IMG/VR virus record: IMGVR_UViG_3300032117_000015
Coordinates: 1 to 64,000 of that record
Strand: one strand, 5' to 3'
Source of the DNA: a virus
Length of the DNA stretch: 64,000 nucleotides
Position 1 is the first letter of the stretch. Every line of letters begins with the position of its first letter. Below, piece after piece: positions 1 to 9,152 of this stretch. The position numbers were made by a program, and so were the translations under genes. The notes below the pieces were generated by a model, which saw only the letters and a program-made list of their open reading frames with translations, was not told the origin of the DNA and made no database searches.

Positions 1-99
1 TATTTGGCGCACCTATGGAAACCATGAAAAACAAAACAGGTAAAAAGTTAGCAATAATCAAAAGACGCTAAATATATAAAGATAACGGAGTTACATAAC

Positions 100-1554
100 A
101 TGTCAGATTTAGATCAATTGAACCCAGAAATGGGCGCAACAGAAGAACTAGGAGCAGGCATTCCTGACAGTTCTGCTGGCGGCGACGCACACATGGGTGG
201 GGAAGAACACCACCATTTAGAAGTTTCGCCTGAAGAAAAAGAACAACAAGGTAAAATGGCCAAGGCTGATTTGTACAAATTAGCTAGCTATTCACACAAG
301 CTATTCAAGCAGTTACACGATGACGACGAGTTAGAGAATTGGGTCGAAGCTAAGATTACAAAGGCGGCAGATTATATTGCTACTGTGTATCACTACTTAG
401 AATATGAGATGAAAGTAAACGAATTTGGTAAGCATTTAAATGATGCTGAAATTACCAATGAGCAACGTGCTCAACTCCAAAACATGTTATCGGAAGCCAA
501 AATGAAAATTAAAGAACTAAAATTAACGCAAGCTGAGAAGGTTACTAAGAAGCTTCATGAGTCTCATGGGTTAGAGCGTCCTTGCGCGGAATGCGGTGGT
601 ACTGGTAAAGTTGCGTATGCACTTCCAGAAGAAACAAAAGAAAAAGTAGCAAAATACAATCGTCTTGTGAAGGCAACTAAAGCCGCTCACAAGCGTTTAG
701 ATGCTAACCACAACGGTATTCCAGATGATATGGAAGGCGGAGAAGTTGATGAAAACTTCGACGGTGAGCGTGGTGGCGATCAAGAAACACCAAGCAAGTT
801 TAACAAACAAAAAACTGGTCCAAACAGCACACGTTATACACGTAAGTCAAGCACATTTAGCGACGAACACGACGGTGGCGACGGTCAAAAGAGCCACGCT
901 AAAGCTAAATCAAGCGACGAAAAGAAAGCTGACAAATCTAACGATATCAAATTACCTAAGCATGACAAACCAACATGGGGTATGAAAGGTGGCGAGAAGT
1001 TTGGTAAGAAAGACGAATCAGTAGCTGAAGCTAAGAAAGCTAAACCAGACTTTTTAGACATGGACAAAGATGGCGATAAAAAAGAGCCAATGAAGAAAGC
1101 AGTTGCTGATAAAAAGAAAAATCCATTCGGTAAGAAAGTCGACGAAGCTAAGAAAGAAAAAGCACCAGAAGGTAGCGTTTCTTCTAAGCGTTTCGAAACT
1201 GATGCCCAACGTGTATCACGTTTAGCTAAAGAAAAGAAACAAGCTGAAAAGAAAACAGAAAGCATTGTTTCTAAAGCTAAGTCAATGTGGAATAACATTA
1301 AAGAAACTGAATCTTATATTGCTGAAAAGTCTAAAAAAGCTAAACCAGACTTTTTAGACATGGATAAAGACGGTAACAAGTCTGAGCCAATGAAGAAAGC
1401 AGTTGCTGATAAAAAGAAAGAAACTGTTAACGAATCATCAGAAGTTAGTCGCATGCGCGAACTAGCGGGTCGTTTGAATCGCAATGAAAATATTATTAAC
1501 GAATCACGCGAAGCTGATACTTTCCGTAAATTAACAAACATCCTTAAAGGGTAA
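100..1554 (+). CDS. Lys/Glu-rich probable internal head (prohead-protease-processed) protein
   Basis: 484-aa ORF with GGAG RBS and upstream CTAAATA late-promoter-like motif. It has many hydrophobic-x-E sites (LHES, VDEN, VAEA, VNES, INES), a duplicated DMDKDG EF-hand-like motif and a CxxCxGxG motif. Function is inferred. Confidence 0.5.
   Translation: MSDLDQLNPEMGATEELGAGIPDSSAGGDAHMGGEEHHHLEVSPEEKEQQGKMAKADLYKLASYSHKLFKQLHDDDELENWVEAKITKAADYIATVYHYLEYEMKVNEFGKHLNDAEITNEQRAQLQNMLSEAKMKIKELKLTQAEKVTKKLHESHGLERPCAECGGTGKVAYALPEETKEKVAKYNRLVKATKAAHKRLDANHNGIPDDMEGGEVDENFDGERGGDQETPSKFNKQKTGPNSTRYTRKSSTFSDEHDGGDGQKSHAKAKSSDEKKADKSNDIKLPKHDKPTWGMKGGEKFGKKDESVAEAKKAKPDFLDMDKDGDKKEPMKKAVADKKKNPFGKKVDEAKKEKAPEGSVSSKRFETDAQRVSRLAKEKKQAEKKTESIVSKAKSMWNNIKETESYIAEKSKKAKPDFLDMDKDGNKSEPMKKAVADKKKETVNESSEVSRMRELAGRLNRNENIINESREADTFRKLTNILKG
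1031..1419 (+). repeat. Two ~89-bp direct repeats (1031-1119 and 1331-1419), 300 bp apart
   Basis: Near-identical DNA encoding KKAKPDFLDMDKDG(D/N)K(K/S)EPMKKAVADKKK twice. Confidence 0.95.
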
Positions 1555-1559
1555 TTCCC

Positions 1560-3215
1560 GTGGACATGAAGCGTATTCTGCAGGCGATGGACGGCGTTGC
1601 CTCCAAGCCTGTAGTAGGCGCTAGTGAAATGTCTAAATTTCTTCGTATTATCGACGAAGATCCTTATCAACGTTCAGGCGAATATGTCGACCTCGACGAT
1701 CCTAAATACAAAAATGCTGTAGATGCAAGAGACGGCCAAGTTCAAGGCGGTTCCGGTGAATGGGGCATGCAACAGATGTATCATGGATTTGGTTATTGTA
1801 CTCAAGATAGTACTATGCGAGCTCAAGAACTTGCCAAGGCCATGAAAATAGACTGGAACAAAATTGGTCAGGAACTAGATGCATACAATAAAGACCATGT
1901 TAAAAAAGGTTCTAGATTTATACGATATGCAACTTTAAACACAATACCAACCGAGCTCCTTGTTAACGGTGAATGGATTCCTATTCCTAAAAATCTGTAT
2001 ACTGGTGCTGAACGCGAAGTATTAGCAATGGGCGGTAGCCCTGAACTCGATAGAATTGGTATGGACGATCCTGGAGTAGGGTGTGAAGACGATGCACCGT
2101 TAGGAAAAGCTCACCCTCTACGTGGTAATCGTTATGTAAAACCAGGAACTAAATTGTTTTCCAAGGATCAAAACGGGCAACCTAATCAAAGTGCATCGCC
2201 TACAGGTACTACTGCTCCGGCAGATCCTAAGATTATGCAGTTACAAAAAGAATTAATATCCGCGGGAGAAAGCGGAAAACTAGGTCCTTTTGGACCAAAT
2301 CATGATGGAGTTGATGGAGTAATGGGAAAATATACTAAGGCCGCTGTAAATCGTCATCCTGATATTGCAAAGAAATATTTTCCAACAAGTACAGATGAAA
2401 GTATAAACAAATTTTTATCTATCATTGATAAGAATGATGTTAAGATTCTAAAAGAAGAAGTTAACAATAATACAGTCTTAAACGAAGGCGCTAATCCTCA
2501 TAAAGTATCTTTGCCAGTACAAATGGCAATGCAACACTATCAACAGCCTGTTGAAAAGAAAGTAACAAAACCAAGTCTACTTAAAACATATTTCCAAGCA
2601 GAAGAACAAAAGCAAGAAGAAGTTATTTCTGAAAAGAAACAACTAATGCGCCAATATGCGGCACAAATTGCTGAACGTGTTTTAATGAAGGAAGGCAAGG
2701 ATCCTTGCTGGAAAGGCTACAAACAAATCGGAATGAAAAAGAAGGGCGGTAAAAAAGTTCCTAATTGTGTTCCGACAGAAGGCGTAGCAGAAGCCGCCAA
2801 TGCCGCACAACAAGCCGCTATTGCTATTGCTAAAAAGAAAGATGTTTCAGAAAACGAAATTCCCGGTCATAGCATGGGCTTTACTGGTGGAGTAGGTCCA
2901 GGGTTACAAAGCAATGAACCAATGGAAGATGCAAAATCAATTATGCATCCAACTAAACGTTATCGTATGATGCGCCGTTTGAGCAAAAAAGGCGGATACG
3001 ATTTAAGCGATTTGGAACACGCAAGTGATGAAGAATTACACCAGTTATATGCACAACATAACTTACGTGAAGATATTCCTCCTCCAGCAAAAGTTAAACC
3101 TATCAAAGCAAAGAAAAAATCGCACGGTTGCAAAGCTGGGCAAACACAAACAGGTATGCAGAACAAGAACGGTAAAATGGTTCCAAAATGTTCTGTAAAG
3201 CAAGCCGCAAAATAA
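1560..3215 (+). CDS. Probable internal head protein with peptidoglycan-binding-like domain and two Cys-flanked basic motifs
   Basis: 551 aa. IMQLQKELI...GVDGVMGKYTKAAV resembles PG_binding_1. It carries CWKGYKQIGMKKKGGKKVPNCV and CKAGQTQTGMQNKNGKMVPKCS, plus multiple LxE/VxE sites. Confidence 0.5.
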   Translation: MDMKRILQAMDGVASKPVVGASEMSKFLRIIDEDPYQRSGEYVDLDDPKYKNAVDARDGQVQGGSGEWGMQQMYHGFGYCTQDSTMRAQELAKAMKIDWNKIGQELDAYNKDHVKKGSRFIRYATLNTIPTELLVNGEWIPIPKNLYTGAEREVLAMGGSPELDRIGMDDPGVGCEDDAPLGKAHPLRGNRYVKPGTKLFSKDQNGQPNQSASPTGTTAPADPKIMQLQKELISAGESGKLGPFGPNHDGVDGVMGKYTKAAVNRHPDIAKKYFPTSTDESINKFLSIIDKNDVKILKEEVNNNTVLNEGANPHKVSLPVQMAMQHYQQPVEKKVTKPSLLKTYFQAEEQKQEEVISEKKQLMRQYAAQIAERVLMKEGKDPCWKGYKQIGMKKKGGKKVPNCVPTEGVAEAANAAQQAAIAIAKKKDVSENEIPGHSMGFTGGVGPGLQSNEPMEDAKSIMHPTKRYRMMRRLSKKGGYDLSDLEHASDEELHQLYAQHNLREDIPPPAKVKPIKAKKKSHGCKAGQTQTGMQNKNGKMVPKCSVKQAAK

Positions 3216-3247
3216 TCTTTGCCACTGCATACACAGATAATTAGTGT

Positions 3248-3847
3248 ATGTACAAAACAATCACAAATAACACTTACCTACGGTTACGTTATTTGCCGGT
3301 ATATGCGGCAGACGATACCGCATTTACTGCCGAAGAAATAGATCGTATTATTACTTACACGGATACACTAGGTTTACAAAAGGGCATGGATCGTAGTAAT
3401 GTAAGAAACAGCGATATCAATTTCATGCATAAAAATCCAGACAACACTTGGATATTTGAACGCTTAAATAAAGTGTTAGAAAACATGAATGAAAAGTATT
3501 TCAATTTTGAAATTAATGGTTACGACTATATTCAATATTCTGTTTATGAAGCCGCCAAAGATGGAAGATATGATTTTCATATAGACATGGGTTTAGGCGA
3601 AATGGAGCGTTCGTGGTTTGAAAATCGAAAACTTTCCATGACATTATTACTAACCGAACCGGGAGTAGATTTCAAAGGTGGAGATCTCGAATTTAACGTT
3701 TCTAACGAAAACAACGTACAACGCCCAAGACTTCGAAAAGGTACACTAGTGTTGTTTCCTAGTTTTTTATTACACAGAGTTACACCAGTAACAGAAGGCA
3801 TAAGAAAGAGTTTAGTTATTTGGCTAACTGGACCGAAATTTAAATAA
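3248..3847 (+). CDS. 2OG-Fe(II) oxygenase (PKHD/prolyl-hydroxylase-like)
   Basis: HxD (FHID), RKLSMT, FKGGDL, FPSFLLHRVTPVTEGIRKSLV. Confidence 0.88.
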   Translation: MYKTITNNTYLRLRYLPVYAADDTAFTAEEIDRIITYTDTLGLQKGMDRSNVRNSDINFMHKNPDNTWIFERLNKVLENMNEKYFNFEINGYDYIQYSVYEAAKDGRYDFHIDMGLGEMERSWFENRKLSMTLLLTEPGVDFKGGDLEFNVSNENNVQRPRLRKGTLVLFPSFLLHRVTPVTEGIRKSLVIWLTGPKFK

Positions 3848-3855
3848 AAAATGTG

Positions 3856-3884
3856 TTGCTCTTACAACATAAATAATTTATAAT
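3856..3884 (+). promoter_or_regulatory. Sigma70-like promoter with nested late-type CATAAATA
   Basis: TTGCTC-17 bp-TATAAT; CATAAATA at 3868-3875; AAGGAG RBS before ATG 3905. Confidence 0.6.
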
Positions 3885-3904
3885 AGGCTTATAAGGAGAG
3901 AAAT

Positions 3905-4162
3905 ATGGCAGGCAGAAATTACGGCGCAGAAGAAAAAGCAAAATTGGAACGTTTGATTAGCGAAGGTTCTACAGTATTGCGTGAAGTAGAAGACTTACAA
4001 GAAGGCTTAAAAGAAACTGTTAAAGCAGTTGCAGAAGAATTACAAATCAAACCGTCAGTTATTAACAAGGCTATTAAGATTGCACATAAAGGCGATTGGA
4101 GTCAGTATAACGAAGACTGGGAAGAGATTGAAGCTATTTTGGATATTACTAAACGTATCTAA
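3905..4162 (+). CDS. Small helical dsDNA-binding protein (T4 DsbA/GapR-like)
   Basis: 85 aa with strong RBS; coiled-coil followed by LKETVKAVAEELQIKPSVINKAIKIAHK pattern. Confidence 0.55.
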   Translation: MAGRNYGAEEKAKLERLISEGSTVLREVEDLQEGLKETVKAVAEELQIKPSVINKAIKIAHKGDWSQYNEDWEEIEAILDITKRI

Positions 4163-4163
4163 T

Positions 4164-4691
4164 ATGCGAGTAATAGATCAACCTAATGCATTTTTAATCA
4201 CTAAGTTAGATCAGCATGAGCTTATTAAAGAGAGCATGCTGATGCTTATTGATAAATTAGGTGAACATAGTATTATCGAAGAGCATGGAAAAATTCCGCA
4301 ACGTATTTCAAATACAGACTGGTTTTTAACATTAAATGAAACCCCGGCATATTTTAATATGTTTAGTCCAATGGTTGCAGAACATTGCAGACAAGTTAAA
4401 AATATGTTAAAATTGCCAGTTGATATTAAGTGTGTCGATTATTGGTTTCAACAATATCGAACCGGTGACTATCATAGCTGGCATACTCATGCAAATTGTT
4501 TGTATTCGAATATATACTATTTAGATTTACCAGAAGGCACTAGTAAAACAACTTTTAAATTTATCGATAAAGAGTTTGAAGTAGACGTAGAAGAAGGCGA
4601 TATACTAACGTTTCCAGGTTCAATGCTACATTGTTCTAAACCGAACACAAGCGAACATACAAAAACTGTTATTGCTTTCAACACAAGATAA
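4164..4691 (+). CDS. Putative 2OG-Fe(II) oxygenase
   Basis: WFQQY..GDYHSWHTH, EEGDILTFPGSMLH, KTVIAFN. Start moved to ATG 4164, just after the upstream stop. Confidence 0.8.
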   Translation: MRVIDQPNAFLITKLDQHELIKESMLMLIDKLGEHSIIEEHGKIPQRISNTDWFLTLNETPAYFNMFSPMVAEHCRQVKNMLKLPVDIKCVDYWFQQYRTGDYHSWHTHANCLYSNIYYLDLPEGTSKTTFKFIDKEFEVDVEEGDILTFPGSMLHCSKPNTSEHTKTVIAFNTR

Positions 4692-4697
4692 AGGTCA

Positions 4698-4750
4698 GCG
4701 AGCCAATAAATCGCAGAAATGGTATTTGTCAGCCAGAATTGACAAAGGAG
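4698..4750 (+). promoter_or_regulatory. Tandem hairpins abutting the DNA polymerase RBS (candidate translational operator)
   Basis: GCGA-GCCAATAAA-TCGC and TTTGTCA-GCCAGAAT-TGACAAA, immediately followed by GGAG. Confidence 0.5.
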
Positions 4751-4760
4751 AAGAAAATTT

Positions 4761-7430
4761 ATGTCTTATGTAGACGCATGGTTTGACCGCGATAATGATA
4801 TTATCAAGATTGTCGAACGTAACAAAAAAGGTGAAAGGGAATTTAGAGATATTCCTGTACGCCACACATTCTATGTAAAAGACCCAAGAGGGAAATTTAC
4901 GTCAATATACGGCGATCCATTATTAAGAATCGTTTGTAAAAACACAAAAGAACTTCGTAAAGAACAAGCCATTAACAGTGGCAAAGAGTTATACGAAGCT
5001 GATATTAATCCAATATTTGTAACACTAAGCGAAAACTATCTTAATCAAGATGCTCCAAAATTAAATGTAGCGTTTTTCGATATTGAGGTAGACTTTGATC
5101 CAGAGCGTGGCTACGCTAGTCCAGACGATGCGTTCATGCCAATTACTGCGATTGCTGTCTACCTACAATGGTTGGAAACTATGGTCTGTTTGGCTATTCC
5201 TCCTAAGAAACTTAGCATGGAAGATGCCAAAGAAATGGTCAAAGATTTTCCTAACACATATTTGTTTGATAACGAAGCAGATTTGTTAAATATGTTTTTG
5301 GATCTAATTAAAGATGCAGATGTTATTAGCGGTTGGAACAGTGAAGGATTTGATATTCCGTACACCACTAATCGTGTAACAAAAGTATTGAGTAAAGAAG
5401 ATACTAGACGTTTTTGTTTGTTTAATCAATTTCCAAAACGTAGAGAATACGAAAAGTTTGGTCGAAATAGTGTAACCTATGACTATATTGGTCGCGTTCA
5501 TTTAGACTATCTCGAATTATACCGTAAGTATACGTATGAAGAACGCCACAGTTATAGACTTGATGCGATTGCAGAATATGAGCTAGGTGAACGTAAAACA
5601 CAATACGAAGGTACATTAGATCAATTATATAACAATGACTTTAAAACATTCGTTGAATATAACATCAATGACTGTATGCTTCTTGAAAAATTAGATAGAA
5701 AATTAAAATTCATGGATCTTGCCAATACACTGGCACATGAAAATACAGTATTGCTACAGACTACAATGGGTGCGGTAGCTGTTACTGAGCAAGCTATTAT
5801 TAACGAGGCACATCGTAGAGGTTTTCAAGTACCTAATCGTACTAAGATGAGTGACCGTGATGAAAACACAGCGGCGGCTGGTGCGTATGTAGCACATCCT
5901 AAAGAAGGTATTCAAGACTGGGTAGGATCATTAGACATTAACTCACTTTATCCGTCAGCGATTCGTGCGCTTAACATGGGTCCAGAAACTATCGTAGGTC
6001 AATTACGTCAGACACGCACAGAAGAATTTATCGAAACCCAGATGGCAAAAGGTAAGAGTTTTGCGGCATCTTGGGAAGGTAAATTTGGTACTGATGAATA
6101 TGAATCAGTAATAAATCAAGAAATTGGCACTGACATTACTATCGATTGGGAAAACGGTGACACTGATGTGTTGAGTGCGGCCGAGGTATATAAATTAATT
6201 TACGAAAGCAATCAGCCTTGGATGCTTTCGGCAAATGGTACAATCTTCAGCCACGAAAATGAAGGTATAATTCCAGGGCTACTGAAAAGGTGGTATGCAG
6301 AACGCAAGGAAATGCAGGCCAAATTAAAAGATGCTATCAAAGCTGGAAACAAAGTTGAAGAAGAATATTGGGACAAACGACAACTCGTTAAGAAGATTAA
6401 TCTTAACAGTCTTTATGGCGCTATTCTTAATAGTGGTTGTCGCTTTTTTGATAAACGAATCGGACAAAGTACCACACTCGTCGGACGTCAGATTGCCAAG
6501 CATATGGCGAGTAAAGTAAATGAAATTATTACAGGCGAATATAATCATGTAGGTAAAGCAGTTATCTACGGTGATACTGACTCTTGTTATTTTAGTGCTT
6601 ACAGCACACTAAAGAAAGACATCGATGCAGGACAAATTCCTTGGACCAAGGAAACTGTTATTCAACTGTATGACACTATCGGCGATGAAGTAAATGCTAC
6701 ATTTCCACAGTTTATGTTAGATGCATTCCATGTGCCTAAGAGTCGTGGAGAAGTTATTAAAGCTGGACGTGAAATTGTTGGATCTAAGAGTTTGTTCATT
6801 ACTAAGAAACGTTATGCAGTTCTTTACTACGATAAAGAAGGCAAGCGTACAGACGTAGATGGCAAAGCTGGTAAGATTAAAGCTATGGGCTTGGATCTTA
6901 AACGTAGTGATACTCCGGAATTTATTCAAAACTTCTTGAGTGATGTACTCGAAATGGTTCTAATGGGTAAGCCTGAACAAGAAGTTCTAGATCATATCAG
7001 CGAGTTTAGAATTAGATTTAAAGCTCGTCCAGGCTGGGAAAAAGGTTCACCTAAACGTGCTAACAACATTACAGAATACGAAGCTAAAGAAAAGAAAGCT
7101 GGTAAGATTAATATGCCAGGTCATGTTCGTGCAAGTATTAACTGGAATACATTAAAGCGTATGTTCGATGACAAATATTCTATGGGTATTACAGACGGTG
7201 CTAAAGTTATTGTATGTAAACTCAAACCTAATCCGTTAGGTTACACATCAGTCGCTTACCCTGTAGACGAACTGAGATTACCACAATGGTTTAAAGACTT
7301 ACCATTTGATCATGCCGAAATGGAGGCAACAATTATCGATAATAAATTATCAAATTTAATCGGTGTATTGAAGTGGGACCTAAATAGCACAGAAGAAAAA
7401 ACAACATTTAACAGTTTATTCGAGTTTTAA
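4761..7430 (+). CDS. Family B DNA polymerase (T4 gp43-like)
   Basis: Exonuclease motifs FDIE, GWNSEGFD and YNIND; polymerase motifs DINSLYPS, KINLNSLYG, YGDTDS and KKRY; C-terminal FNSLFEF clamp-binding-like tail. Confidence 0.97.
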   Translation: MSYVDAWFDRDNDIIKIVERNKKGEREFRDIPVRHTFYVKDPRGKFTSIYGDPLLRIVCKNTKELRKEQAINSGKELYEADINPIFVTLSENYLNQDAPKLNVAFFDIEVDFDPERGYASPDDAFMPITAIAVYLQWLETMVCLAIPPKKLSMEDAKEMVKDFPNTYLFDNEADLLNMFLDLIKDADVISGWNSEGFDIPYTTNRVTKVLSKEDTRRFCLFNQFPKRREYEKFGRNSVTYDYIGRVHLDYLELYRKYTYEERHSYRLDAIAEYELGERKTQYEGTLDQLYNNDFKTFVEYNINDCMLLEKLDRKLKFMDLANTLAHENTVLLQTTMGAVAVTEQAIINEAHRRGFQVPNRTKMSDRDENTAAAGAYVAHPKEGIQDWVGSLDINSLYPSAIRALNMGPETIVGQLRQTRTEEFIETQMAKGKSFAASWEGKFGTDEYESVINQEIGTDITIDWENGDTDVLSAAEVYKLIYESNQPWMLSANGTIFSHENEGIIPGLLKRWYAERKEMQAKLKDAIKAGNKVEEEYWDKRQLVKKINLNSLYGAILNSGCRFFDKRIGQSTTLVGRQIAKHMASKVNEIITGEYNHVGKAVIYGDTDSCYFSAYSTLKKDIDAGQIPWTKETVIQLYDTIGDEVNATFPQFMLDAFHVPKSRGEVIKAGREIVGSKSLFITKKRYAVLYYDKEGKRTDVDGKAGKIKAMGLDLKRSDTPEFIQNFLSDVLEMVLMGKPEQEVLDHISEFRIRFKARPGWEKGSPKRANNITEYEAKEKKAGKINMPGHVRASINWNTLKRMFDDKYSMGITDGAKVIVCKLKPNPLGYTSVAYPVDELRLPQWFKDLPFDHAEMEATIIDNKLSNLIGVLKWDLNSTEEKTTFNSLFEF

Positions 7431-7431
7431 T

Positions 7432-8208
7432 ATGAAAATTATAATTGCAGGATATGGCTTTGTCGGCAAAGCTGTTTACAATTCGCTGATAGATAAAAAC
7501 AATGTTTACATTGTAGATCCAAAATATACCACTGCTGAAATAGAACACTATCCAGATGCAGATGGTATTATTATTTGTGTGGGAACTCCTAGTACTGAGC
7601 TAGGAGATTGTGATGTTAGTCAAGTATATGCAGTAATGAAAAAGGTTCCTGAAACGTTGCCTGTATTAATCAAGTGTACAGTACGTCCAGACTATTTGAA
7701 TAAGATTATTACCGATTTTCCTAAACACAATATTGCCTATAGTCCAGAGTTTTTACGTGCGGCTACTGCTAACGAAGACTTTGCCAATCAGGAATATATG
7801 ATTTTAGGCGGAAGTAATCCCGGAAATATTTGGAGTAATTTATTCACCGATTCACTTAAACACCTAAATAACATTGAACATTGTACACTAACAGAAGCAA
7901 GCATGGTAAAATATGCCACTAATTGTTTCCTAAGTGTCAAAGTAGCGTTCTTTAATCAGTTATATGATATGTGCCAAATAAACGGCGCTGATTATAATAC
8001 AGTTATCGAACTACTGCAAATGGATGACAGGATTGGCAATAGTCATATGCAAGTCCCCGGTCCTGATGGATCACGTGGTTTTGGCGGTGCTTGTTTCCCC
8101 AAAGACACTAGTGCATTTGTACATTATGCTGATAAAGTTGGAATAATTCATACTCTAGTAGAATCGGCAATAAAATATAACAAAAAAATTAGAAAAACAT
8201 TGACATAG
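7432..8208 (+). CDS. UDP-glucose/GDP-mannose dehydrogenase family protein lacking the C-terminal domain
   Basis: GYGFVG Rossmann motif, SPEFLR, KYATN, GFGGACFPKD; only 258 aa. Confidence 0.85.
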   Translation: MKIIIAGYGFVGKAVYNSLIDKNNVYIVDPKYTTAEIEHYPDADGIIICVGTPSTELGDCDVSQVYAVMKKVPETLPVLIKCTVRPDYLNKIITDFPKHNIAYSPEFLRAATANEDFANQEYMILGGSNPGNIWSNLFTDSLKHLNNIEHCTLTEASMVKYATNCFLSVKVAFFNQLYDMCQINGADYNTVIELLQMDDRIGNSHMQVPGPDGSRGFGGACFPKDTSAFVHYADKVGIIHTLVESAIKYNKKIRKTLT

Positions 8209-8227
8209 TCACAAAAGAAAGTATAAT
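8200..8227 (+). promoter_or_regulatory. Consensus sigma70 promoter
   Basis: TTGACA-16 bp-TATAAT upstream of the putative clamp and the dpdA region. Confidence 0.75.
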
Positions 8228-8247
8228 AGAAAAACATGGAGAATCAT

Positions 8248-8979
8248 ATGAAAGACTTTTTACAAGATTTAGTTGCACATACACATAGCTTAGGTTTCTT
8301 ACCTTTGGTTAGAATTAGTTCAACTACCAAAGAAACTAAGATTGAAACAATGGCAGAAGATCGTACTGTTATTGTAGATGGCAAGACTCATAATGCTGTA
8401 GACCAATTAGAAGGTACATTCGGTATGCCAAATCTAAATAAACTAGATTTGCATTTAAAGTGTCCAGAATACAAAGAAGGTGCTGGCATTAGTGTTGTTG
8501 TACAGAATCGCAACGGAGAAGATGTGCCAACTGGATTGCACTTTCAAAACGCATTAGGCGATTTTGAAAATGATTATCGTTTTATGAATCAAGAAATCAT
8601 TAACGAAAAAATGAAGAGTGTTAAATTCAAAGGTGCTAACTGGGAAGTAGTGTTTGAACCAAGTGTTGCAAGTATTCAAAAGTTAAAGTATCAAGCGGCC
8701 GCACACACTGAAGAAACTACATTCCAAGTTAAGACTGAAAATGGTAATTTAGTATTCAGTTTCGGTGATGCAAACACACACGCAGGTTCATTTATTTTCC
8801 AATCAGGTATTACTGGTAAACTAAAACAACAATGGGCTTGGCCTGTTGCACAAGTACAAAGCATTTTAAACTTAGCAGGTGACAAAACTATACGTATTGC
8901 AGATGTTGGTGCAATGCAAATTACAGTAGATAGCGGAATCGCTGTTTACAACTATACATTACCAGCACAGAGCAAGTAA
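8248..8979 (+). CDS. Probable DNA polymerase sliding clamp (gp45/PCNA-like)
   Basis: About 243 aa with alternating helix/strand pattern, located near the polymerase, whose tail looks clamp-binding. GGAG RBS precedes ATG 8248. No diagnostic motif. Confidence 0.5.
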   Translation: MKDFLQDLVAHTHSLGFLPLVRISSTTKETKIETMAEDRTVIVDGKTHNAVDQLEGTFGMPNLNKLDLHLKCPEYKEGAGISVVVQNRNGEDVPTGLHFQNALGDFENDYRFMNQEIINEKMKSVKFKGANWEVVFEPSVASIQKLKYQAAAHTEETTFQVKTENGNLVFSFGDANTHAGSFIFQSGITGKLKQQWAWPVAQVQSILNLAGDKTIRIADVGAMQITVDSGIAVYNYTLPAQSK

Positions 8980-9152
8980 TGGACTCGAAAAAACGAAGCA
9001 TGGTAAAGATGGTTAGTTTTAAAATACTAACCATTGCAGTTACTATTCCTATCACTGGACTAGGTACTGCACTAGCCGTACACGCATTAACAACTATTTG
9101 CTTTTATGTGCATGAAAGAGTATGGAACAAAATTAATTGGGGTCAACTTTGA
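8979..9152 (+). CDS. Small membrane protein, DUF2061-like (57 aa, not in ORF track)
   Basis: Hand-translated MDSKKRSMVKMVSFKILTIAVT...FYVHERVWNKINWGQL; overlaps both neighbours (TAATG, TTGA). Confidence 0.75.
   Translation: MDSKKRSMVKMVSFKILTIAVTIPITGLGTALAVHALTTICFYVHERVWNKINWGQL

Noticed and set aside
1031-1419. CRISPR-like or mobile-element repeat
   Set aside because: There are only two copies, they are in frame and protein-coding, and no spacers, cas genes or transposase genes are present.
4761-7430. Intein or intron in the DNA polymerase
   Set aside because: The length is normal for gp43, the motifs are contiguous, and no splicing or homing-endonuclease motifs were seen.
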